A stretch of DNA of 27,730 nucleotides. Source: Atractiella rhizophila (Eukaryota). The DNA is taken from NCBI GenBank assembly GCA_021432655.1, contig MU271212.1, forward strand, positions 124,001-151,730, written 5' to 3'. A program made the translations under genes and the position numbers. The notes under the pieces are model-generated. The model was not told the origin of the DNA. It saw only the letters and a program-made list of their open reading frames with translations, and made no database searches. This document shows positions 12,201 through 21,785 of the stretch, piece after piece. The number at the start of each line of letters is the position of its first letter. The first letter of the stretch is position 1.

Positions 12201-14532
12201 CGCTTCTCCTTCAACTTTTCTCGCTTCATCTCCACCACCTTCGTCTCAGGCAGTTTCCCCACTCTTTCCTCCTGCACATCTATAGCTTCTCCCTCTAGCG
12301 CAGCAACAACTGCTTTCAAATCTTCCAGGCCTTCTTCGTACCTCTCCAGCTGAACTAAACACCAACCCCTTCCTTCCTTCACTTCATCCGTCCCCGCCAC
12401 CCTTGCAGCTCTCTCAAAGATTTCGAGTCCATCGTTCCACCTGGAAAGCTGGACCAACACGCGACCCCTCGCCGCGAGGCATTCCAAATCGTCCTCAGCC
12501 ATCGACAAACTCTCATCGAGCAAACGGAGGGCTTTAAGCTGGTTCGATCTCCCGCTTTGGGCGAGACAGATGGCAAGTTTACGAGAGAGCAAATGCCGCG
12601 TGCTACAAGCATTTATTAGTTCGCCTCACTACCTGTATAAAGAGAGAAGAACGTATGTATACCTCGCCAACTTCGCCGCGCTCTCGCGTTCGATACTCCC
12701 AATGAGAGAGATCCCAGATTCGATAATCTCGATAGAGACCTCCCAGTCCTGTTCATCCTCCGAATAGTACCTCAAGGCCAGACGATGAGCAAGGAGCGAG
12801 TCAGTAGAAGCGGCGAAACCTTCCTATGACAACAAGCATCATTTGTTTATTACTGTGGCATGACCGAAAGATCACACCTCGAGCAGGTCTACCGGATCTT
12901 CAATGTCCTCTGGAACGTCGTCTTCGTCCTTCTCAGCTCCATATTCGTACGAGACAACATCATAGATCCGCATGTAGGCCTTCAATAGCTTCGTCAGACC
13001 AGACCTGTTCGTAGTTAGATCATTTATTCCAATTCGAAAGACGTGTGACGAACTCTGGGAATAAAGTAATGTAATCCCAAAGCTGAAGTCGATCAGGAGT
13101 ATCTATTCGCGCATTAGACAGTTGGGATATTTCTGAATCAAGAGGAGCTGACCATAGATAGTCTCCCAGTCCTCCCAATCAAACACCACCTTCCAAGCGC
13201 TCTGCTCCTCTCTCTTCAACAGCACCATCTCCCGAGCCATCTTTGAAATCTCCTCCCTCAAGTTTTCCCTTTCCCTTTCCTCCTTCTCCGGTGTCGCGTC
13301 CAACATTTCCATCTTCCATTTCAAAAGCTTAGCTTCCACTTCTTTCCTCTCCTCATCCGAAGCAAGCGGGTGATCCAACAATTCTCGGTACAGGTCTACC
13401 ACCTTTGATTTTCCTTTTACTTCTCTCAAGACGTTCCGTCGCTCCTCGACCTTCGAAAGGGTCGGTCCTGTAGTTATCCTCTGCCGTCGTTTGGTAACTT
13501 CGCTTTCGATTTCCTTCGCATCTGCTGATTCGTAAATGAAGATAATTTCGAGGAGCAGCGGAAAGGTATTCAGGAGAAGCGTTTGTAGGTTATGGTACGC
13601 GGAGGCGGTTGGAGCGGTAGGGTTTGGTGGAGGGAGAGAAGAGAGGAGATGAGATATGGGGGAGGAGGGGAGGAGGAGGGAAAGGGAGTCTGCTAACTTT
13701 TCGGGTATTAGTGCCTCCTTCATCAGACGAAAAATTTCCGTTTGAGGATACATTTACTTCATTTCAGTCCATAACCTTGCAATTTATTTGGCATTAGACA
13801 ACTATCTGGATATATCCTCGTAATAAAAGGTGGATTATGAAGAATAAATTAATGTATTTAGTTAAAGGAACCTTGCTATAGATACAGCTACTTTGGACGG
13901 ACATTTGAAGAAATCGCATGTCATCCATAAATGTGCAATCTTTATGAGGTACACGGCAGTATTAGGCCTCATTGCTGCTCATGAATAACTTCTGGCTCAA
14001 AGGACCCAGCCTTGAGGAGGAAGCGAAATATTGACCGAATTGACAGCAAGAAGACTGAATTGTAAACATATATAGAACTCTTACCGAAGTTCTTGTAGGG
14101 GCACAAAGCTGTGAGGTGAAAGCGCACCTTTCTTCCCGACCTCAACTTCCTTTCATTGGTCAACCAAACATCGACCTCCTTCGCCCACCTCTCCTTCTCA
14201 TTCTCCTCCGTCCCAGCCATTCTCACCGCTCTTTCCCTCACATCCTGCGCGTCTTCCAACCTAGCATTCTTCTCCAGCCATCCACTGAGCCCAAGGTAAG
14301 CCTGGAGCGTCCTAGGCGAGATTGCGATGGCATCTTCGTATGCCCGGATGACCTTCTGCGGCGAAGTGGTTGCGATGGAGGAGAGAGACAGAGCATGATA
14401 AAGGTGAAGTGGGTACGACGTCAAGTAGGTGGAGAGATTGGCGGAGGTCTGTTGTTCTAGCGATTGCCAATCTTGAGAGGCGATCAAAGCTCGCGACTCT
14501 TTCAGTATCCGCTTCAGCTCTTTATCTGACAT
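9262..14532 (-). CDS. SKI3: Superkiller protein 3 (Ski3/TTC37), TPR subunit of the Ski complex, multi-exon
   Basis: ATG at 14532 (MSDKELKRILKESR...). Many TPRs. Ski3-typical segments FAPSFTSLGIYYAD...KCFQKAFELD...AAKRLAEQFAEENEWDLVEVVARR and AWTNLGFFY...LANQAFLRAQVLDPDHSLAWVGQ. GT-AG introns join the ORF-track pieces. Stop at 9262. Confidence 0.92.
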
Positions 14533-15342
14533 TTCGGCCTGACGTCTGATGCTAATACCTCGGTCCTTGAACGTCTGCAACAGCGTCTGAGACGTCTGAG
14601 GTCGAAAGAACTTCCCGTAACTTTGCTCAAACTTTACCAAACCAAAGAGAACAAGGACTTCTTTGCAGCGGGTCCGGTGTTGTTCACAATACGATTGTCT
14701 TCTTGCGATAGTCACATTTTGCAAATGATTAACTTTAAATTGTGAAGTGCTCCGATGATGAACGGTGAATTACTGGCGCTTCAGCACATTTCAAGTTGTC
14801 CTCAGAGAACAGTGAGGCGCTGCTATCTTTATAAGGTCAAGCAGGCTACTTTGCATATTAACCAAGACGTGACACCTCGAACAAGCTAACGTCTACTCCA
14901 TCAAAGTGGGCATAGGAGGATCACTTCCCCTGTTCATCCTCACCACCGATCTGGTCTCTTGGGTACCCACACTCTTCCTATCAGCCTTGACGATCCTCGC
15001 ATCCTGCAAGGAGCTTGCCGTAGCACTGCTTTGAATCGTGTTCATAGTCACAGAGCTATGGACCGTGGACAGCGTCGGGCTCTTGAGGATGCAGGCATCG
15101 TAGACGGAAGGAGAGACGGCGAAGGTGCCGCGTTTGCTGCTGCTCGATGGATTATTAGGTGGAGAAGAGGAATTGGCGTCAAGGCGCGTAACGATGTATC
15201 CCGAAAATCGGTAATTCGAACCGTCTCCACCAGCGTATAACCCGCCACCACCACTGGCCGCATCCATAGCTGTATCCGCAACTTCGTTCCTGGAACTGCG
15301 GAAGGAGTTCTGAGAAGGAGAAAGAGGAGGGGTAAGTGGAAA
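14309..15342 (+). repeat. Segmental direct repeat 2, copy A (partner 15357-16361)
   Basis: gtcctaggcgagattgcgatgg...gtggaaa occurs twice, separated only by extra A's. Confidence 0.97.
14893..15342 (-). pseudogene. 3' fragment (~149 codons) of the Ser-rich single-TM gene
   Basis: FPLTPPLSPSQNSFRSS...DPPMPTLME* aligns to the C-terminus of 15912-17885. Confidence 0.88.
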
Positions 15343-15356
15343 AAAAAAAAAAAAAA
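15340..15356 (+). repeat. Poly(A)17 at the duplication junction
   Basis: 3 A's match the partner copy (gtggaaa); the other 14 are not found in either parental context. Confidence 0.95.
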
Positions 15357-15580
15357 GTCCTAGGCGAGATTGCGATGGCATCTTCGTATGCCTGAATGAC
15401 CTTTTGCGGCGATGTGGTTGCGATGGAGGAGAGAGACAGGGCATGATAGAGGTGAAGTGGGTACGACGTCGGGTAGGTGGAGAGGTTGGCGGAGGTCTCT
15501 TGCTCTAGCGATTGCCAATCTTGAGTGGTGATCAAAGCTCGCGACTCTTTCAGTATCCGCTTCAGCTCTTTATCTGCCAT
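15357..15580 (-). pseudogene. SKI3: 5' fragment of SKI3 (first ~75 codons)
   Basis: MADKELKRILKESRALITTQDWQ...AIAISPRT then poly-T. Matches 14309-14532. Confidence 0.9.
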
Positions 15581-16361
15581 TTCGACCTGATATCTGGTGC
15601 TAATACCTGAGTCCTTGAACGTCCTTGAACGTCTAAGACGTCGTGGTCACGCTGAGGTCGAAAGAACTTCTCGTAACCTTTGTAGCCCTTGCTCAAACTT
15701 TACCAAACAAATGAGAACAAGGATTATCTTTGCAGCGGATCCGGCGCTATTCACAACAAGATAGTCATATTTTGCAAGTGATTGACTTTATACTCTCATG
15801 ATGGACGCTGACAAGTTATCCTCAGAGAACAGCGACGCGCTGCTATCCTTATAAGGTCAAGAATTACTTTGCAAATTAACCATCAGGTGAAAACCTCGAA
15901 CAAGCTAACGTCTACTCCCTCAAAGTGGGCATCGGAGGCTCCCCTTCCCTGTTCATCCTTACTACCGATCTGGCCTCTTGGGCACCCAAACTCTTCCTAT
16001 CAGCCTTGACGATCCTCGCGTCCTGCAAGGAGCTCGTCGTTGCACTGCTTTGAATCGTGTTCATAGTCATAGAGCTATGGACAGTGGACAGCGTCGGACT
16101 CTTGAGGATGCAAGCATCGTAGACGGAAGGAGAGGCGGCGAAGATGCTGCGTTTGCTGCTGCTGAATGGATCATTGGGTGGAGAAGAGGAATTAGCGTCA
16201 AGGCGCGTAATGATGTATCCCGAAAACCTGTAATTCGAACCGTTTCCACCAGCGTATAACCCACCACCAGCACTGGCCGCATCCATAGCTGTATCCGCAA
16301 CTTCGTTAGTGGAGCTGCGGAAGGAGTTCTGAGAAGGAGAAAGAGGAGGGGTGAGTGGAAA
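15357..16361 (+). repeat. Segmental direct repeat 2, copy B
   Basis: See copy A. Confidence 0.97.
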
Positions 16362-17885
16362 TGATGACAAGAGTGACAAGCGCCGGTTGTCAGCTTCGTC
16401 ATGAACCCCAGTTTCCTGTTTTGACTTCACTTTCACAGGGATGGAGACAGTCTTCTTTGGACGGGGGATGACTTTGACGCTCTCCTCTCTTTCCACATCG
16501 ACTATCGTTCCATCGTCCCCCTCTTCATCATTTAAACTCGTGCCCAAATCGTCTCCGCCCACTGCCGCCCCGCATTCGAAGAGCGGATCAATGACCGCCG
16601 AATCCTCTCTACCAATGGCGAATCCATCTGTCACGATCGAAGGAGCGAGGGAGTAGACGCCAAAAGAGACGGGTCTAACCTCCGTCTCCTTCATTCGTTT
16701 CAAATCGAAACTGTCTTCTATCTCGATATGCACTAAATTCTCGAAGATGGGGAGTTCAGGAAGTGGCGCGGATGCAGTAGGTCCGGGATTCAAGACCTTG
16801 GCACCGGCGCTGGACTCTGCACTGCAGAGTACAGGAGGAGGTTTCGTGATGGTTATCACTTGGTGAGGTGGTCTACCAATTCGGTCTGAATCTTTGGATG
16901 TGGCTGCATTTGAATCCAATAGAGGTAGAGTCATTGCCGTAGGAATGGGAGAGGGAAGGATCCCTTCCGACATCGACTTGCCTCCAGGCATCGTATCTCG
17001 TAATTTAGCCACCGCCATCTTGATGAGGTTTCCTGATTTCGCCGTATCTGACCTCCCCCTTTTCGTATTCGTATCTGCCGCAGGAGCGATACCGGGCACT
17101 TCTGGTGGAGTAGCAAATCCAATTGTCTCCTCGCTAGACAATTTGGACAGCTCGGTTTTATTCTCAGATCGGATCAAATTATGTCTCTCCACCGAATGGG
17201 AGTAATTGGAACGGTTGGTTGAGCTCTTCGTGGAAGAGGAGACGTCGGAATTCCGAGATCTTTGAGATTCCATCGACTGCTTTAAGTTGTCTTGAGTTGT
17301 GGTGAAGTTCCACAAGTTGAGCGAGTGCTGGAGTTGTGGGTTGTAAGCATACTGCTTCTCCCCGGTCGCGAAGAAATGGTTGACCGTCTCCTTGGAGCAC
17401 TGAGACTTGTGACCCCCCATGTCGTGGATCGTGATACTGGGCAAGGCGTGAGTTGCCGTGGACGTTGCGTTCTTCATCTCCGCCGCCATTTCTACTCTGC
17501 GGGCGCCTTCGCTCACAAAGCTGAAGTGATTAATTTGCTTCAGCTCCTTCCTTCTCCGAGCGCGTCGGAGGAAGAACATGATCATCCATCCAAAAATGCC
17601 TAAGCAGGCAGCTGCACCGACTACCGAAGTAGCAATAAGAGCATTAAGAACTGCGCGATCCTGACTGCCTGTGGTGGATGAACCCGGCTCCTTGACGGGA
17701 TTCCCCCTTTCTCTGACTATGACGAATTCGGACGCAGGAGGAACAGGCGTAGGAGGAGCGGAAACATCTGGTGCTTCTGGAAATCCGTCATGAAAGATAG
17801 GAGTGTCGAGGGTTTGAGGCGTCCCGTCAAGCAGAGGAGATCGGAGTATAATGGGTGACGGGGTCGGTGGAGACAAGATGTCCAA
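15912..17885 (-). CDS. Ser/Pro-rich, probably disordered protein with one transmembrane helix; true start lies upstream
   Basis: 657-codon open frame. Hydrophobic LIATSVVGAAACLGIFGWMIMFFL is followed by RRARRRK (positive-inside). The ORF-track start is TTG and there is no ATG before the TM segment. Confidence 0.8.
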   Translation of the reverse strand: MDILSPPTPSPIILRSPLLDGTPQTLDTPIFHDGFPEAPDVSAPPTPVPPASEFVIVRERGNPVKEPGSSTTGSQDRAVLNALIATSVVGAAACLGIFGWMIMFFLRRARRRKELKQINHFSFVSEGARRVEMAAEMKNATSTATHALPSITIHDMGGHKSQCSKETVNHFFATGEKQYAYNPQLQHSLNLWNFTTTQDNLKQSMESQRSRNSDVSSSTKSSTNRSNYSHSVERHNLIRSENKTELSKLSSEETIGFATPPEVPGIAPAADTNTKRGRSDTAKSGNLIKMAVAKLRDTMPGGKSMSEGILPSPIPTAMTLPLLDSNAATSKDSDRIGRPPHQVITITKPPPVLCSAESSAGAKVLNPGPTASAPLPELPIFENLVHIEIEDSFDLKRMKETEVRPVSFGVYSLAPSIVTDGFAIGREDSAVIDPLFECGAAVGGDDLGTSLNDEEGDDGTIVDVEREESVKVIPRPKKTVSIPVKVKSKQETGVHDEADNRRLSLLSSFPLTPPLSPSQNSFRSSTNEVADTAMDAASAGGGLYAGGNGSNYRFSGYIITRLDANSSSPPNDPFSSSKRSIFAASPSVYDACILKSPTLSTVHSSMTMNTIQSSATTSSLQDARIVKADRKSLGAQEARSVVRMNREGEPPMPTLRE

Positions 17886-17967
17886 GTTTGGTGTCTTGAT
17901 AGGGGCTGCTCGCTCAAAATCGAAGCTTTCTCGTTACTAAGATCGATCATTAGAAAATACTCGTTTG

Positions 17968-20563
17968 TCAAAAGCGAGCAACTTGCATTCGAGAATCCCA
18001 GCTACGAAACTCTTCGAACAGATCGTCCATTCCCAAGCCAGCGAGTTCAGCCTTCTTTACTTTAGCAATGCGTCGTTTGGTACAAGCAAGGGAGGTAACG
18101 TTGACTGGACGAGTGACGGATATGTCGGGGCTAATCCAGGACGACTCAGCTTCGTTTTGAGCGTTGGCTATCCCACCTACCTTGCCAATGCCTTGGGCAA
18201 GTCACCAAGACTAACAGAATGAATTAAGTCAGGCTCTCGACCAGCGCTAAAGCAAATAATTAACCAATACCCGCAGGCAGTAAAACATCGCGACAACTTA
18301 CCCTTTCAAAATACTATCATCCCAATGCACCTTCTTTTTATTTTTCAATGCTTCCGTGTTGACGCTCTCACCACTTCTTCCAGCAAGAATGCCATGCTTT
18401 CTGCTCTTTGTGGTGTTTTGACCATGGTAGATGAAGGCATCGGACGAACGCAACACCTCTGCATCCTCTTCCGCATCATCAAATCTTCCATCATCGTCAC
18501 CCAGCGTGACCTCGGATTCCGAGCGCGACAGAGGACCCTCAGTCAAAGCTTTGGCCGTTGCGCTTACAAGAGCCTCTAGATGGGTATTCTTCTTTGGTTC
18601 GGAAAGTTGGGCGAGAGGATCGGTGGTGTTCGCGGCGGCCAGATCGGCGTTTGGAAATGTCGGGAACAGCGAGAGCTCTGTCAGTGAGCCATGGATCTTT
18701 GACTCCTGAAGCGTTCTTGTCTTTCCGAAAGCCTTGTTTGATGTCACCTTCAAACGGATTGCTCCTTTCGTCTTCCTTGCCCAAACTAGGAAGATGATGT
18801 TTCGTATCGGGGGAAATCGAATGTTGGATTGGATTGAAATGATGGAAGCAGTAGATGGTTGATATCGAAAGAAGGCATTTGACGGTCAGCTTGAAAATTA
18901 TTTGACGACGCATTTGCATCACTCTCAAACAGATTCGTCAGAGGTCGCGCCTCGCTTCCCTTCGGAGACTCAGAGACACTAGCGAAAGAGATCGCCCTTT
19001 TCTGTCCATCGAGGCTTCTACTAGATAGGGACGTGGTGCAAAGATTGTTTTTGAAAGTCGGTTGCGGACGGAGTCTCAGTAACTTGGGGGCGTGAGCACA
19101 GAGTTTACCACGGGATCGTCTGCCTCGACACCAGTCGAGGCAGTCAAGCTGGTAAGAAATCGCCTCGTCTCCTCCAGAGAATTTTTTGAAAACGATCCTT
19201 TTCTTCCTCAGCAGAGCTAGTAAAGTCGGATCGTTTCCAGCCATGCGTGTCTGGCAACCGTTTATCAGAGATTAGTTGATCTTGGTATACATCGACAGGC
19301 AATGTGTTGACCTCTGGGTAAGAGAAAATGTTGCTGTCAATTTGAGAAAGCGCTCCATTGTACAATTTCGAGGTAGAGGGGAGAACCTCCGCAGCTTGAT
19401 TGTCAAGGTTGGCAGATGAAAACACAATATACTTCGCGTCGGGGACTTGGGAAGGGACATCCTCAGATTCATTTTGATTCAGAGGAGAGAAGAGATCATT
19501 CGTGGGGGAATCCATCACGCTGCTCTGGAGCGACGTATGATCGATAGCCTCCTGTTCAAAGCCGTTGAAGGGGAGGTTGGCCGTGCTGGGAGAGAGATTT
19601 GGTGTCCGTGCGGTTCTGATCCGCCATCACATTATCTTTCACCCCGATCATCTTCACTTTCAAGCTCCTCTGCTCCTCCCTTCCCTTCTTGTTAATCTTT
19701 CTGAAAGAATCGATCACGGTAGAGGAATGCTTTTTCGCTTTCTTAAGGGGGAGATGTCGGTTCGACTGGAGATTGGCTACGAGGACTCTCCTGGTTTCGA
19801 CAAAGAGGGGGGGATAACAATCTTCATCCGTTCTTCTCTTCCCATTCCTTCCTACGTTCCTGATTCCTGGCATAGTTGAGCACCTCGTCGTTTCTCCGTT
19901 ATCTTCACTCTCCCCTTCAGGTACATATCCCAATATCTGCCTCATTCCAGCGTCATGGAAGGTGCTGGAAGTTCCATCGAAAGGAAGTGGCCGAGAGAGC
20001 GTAGGGCTCTCCTTAGATGGTGGGATGTCGGGGTGAAGCGAGGAAAGTTTGATGGAAACTCCCAATGCGTCAACTGGGGCAAAAGAAGCAATGGTTGTGT
20101 CCTTGTGAGACGAAGCGGCAATGGAACGGATCATCGGCACTGAAAATGCTCCAACACCGGCAGGTTCTGGAGTAGCAGAATGGGAATCCTCGAGAATAAC
20201 CATATCGTTCGTATTCGTCATCTTCTCGTCGCGTGAGGGAATGAAGGCAGAATCGGTATCAGCGGCGGCATGAATAGCGTGAGATAACTGATTTTGAGCT
20301 GTCTCGGAAGCGGAGTCTGAATCGATGGCAGAGAACGATAGACCCAGTCCCCTCCCGACAGATTTCAGGGTATCTACAATGGGACTTGCGACATAGACAG
20401 TTGGGGATTCGGGTTCGAAGTGAAGCGGTCCCCGCGACTCTCCCATCCTGATAGAGGGAGAAGATGGAGAAAGCATTCCCATGTCGCCCTCGACCGTGAA
20501 GTCCAGAGGAGAATCGAAACTAAAAGATGTCGAAGGAGTAGAACGCGAGTGGAAAGTCTTCAT
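17968..20563 (-). pseudogene. Ser-rich hypothetical gene broken by several frame changes (pseudogene or sequencing errors)
   Basis: Consecutive coding-like ORFs 20563-19556, 19518-19144, ~19000-18786 and 18753-18302 lie in different frames with no obvious introns between them. Clean GT-AG introns follow at 18301-18247 and 18180-18131, giving SILKG|AGREPDL...ALAS|PDISV...MQVARF*. Confidence 0.55.
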
Positions 20564-21785
20564 GTTGAAACTGCAACATAGACCCACCGATCAGTCAAAG
20601 GCAAAAAAGGGAGAGGGGAATGGCAACAAACTTGTCAAGTATGTGACCACAGGATTAAATATAATCGCGGACTGAATGCGAATTGCAGACGATAGGATGG
20701 TGCAACAAACGATGGTTGATGGTTCGGCAAATGAGAGTGTATAACTGATCGAAGCTGCTAGTGCTCAAAAACTACTAAGATGGTGAGGAGGGGGAACAGA
20801 GCTTAATACAGAGCATGGATGGAGCAAACCGAGGGAGAAAAAGGAAAATTAGACCTGACGACTTTTTATGTGATTTAGAAAAGGGGCCATATTCCTTCCC
20901 GCCAGAGAGTTCCCACGACGTGTCACAACAACTCTAACCAATTGGCGATCATGATGTTTTGACCAAGTTTGTTGAGTTGATCGGTCGTCTGACTACGACA
21001 ATACTGCAATGAAGGATGATGAAGGACAAAGGACGCTCGCGACGAGTTCAAAGACAGACATAAAATTCGAACGGAGCTTGAAGATCCTCGTGGCACTGGC
21101 ATGCAATGAAGGATATGGCATTTCCATCTTCGCTTCAAGGGGATACGGCTTACATTAAGAGTTACAGACAGTTACATGGCCTCAACTTTGGAGAAATGAC
21201 TCGACCGTTATTGGGGGGATGGAGGTACCTCAAACGAGCTCGATCCTCCTGATCATTAACTCAATATAAGTGCAGGTTTCCCCTCGTTCTCGTCATGCAA
21301 TTGTCCAGAAAGAAAGACATGGCAACAGAGAACAATTATGTTGGCCTTTGGCCCCTTTCAGGGCCCCTTTGGCCTGCCGTGCCCCTAACACACCTCCAAA
21401 ACTACAACGAATTAGGTTTGCTCTAAAGTAAATATTACTATTCATATCGAAGAATGTTATTATAATTACAATCATAGTCGGTGATCAGAAATGTATGAAC
21501 CTTGCTTATCAGCAAGAAACTATGATCTTGGTAAAAAATCTTGTAAGCCTAATAAACTGGAACCGTTGGCGATAAATGCTACGGTGCGCTGCAGGTGCGA
21601 AAGGATAAGATAGTGAACGTATAAGGGAACAAAAGCAACAAGTTGAATATTGACTGTGGAAGCTTGGCAAACCATGAAACGACTAGTTAAACTTATCTCA
21701 ATATATCAATCACAAAGATGGCAACGGTAATAAGGAACGGGCAAAGAAGTCCGATAAAACACAGGGTTGAAATTTAACGGCCTAA

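Noticed and set aside
7307..15356. Retroposed / 3'-transduced RNA origin of the inner segment, suggested by the poly(A) end
   Set aside because: The eIF6 introns on the same strand as the poly(A) are retained, and no RT ORF or short target-site duplication is visible.
21341..21385. Short GGCCCCTTT-like repeats
   Set aside because: Too short and irregular to support a feature.
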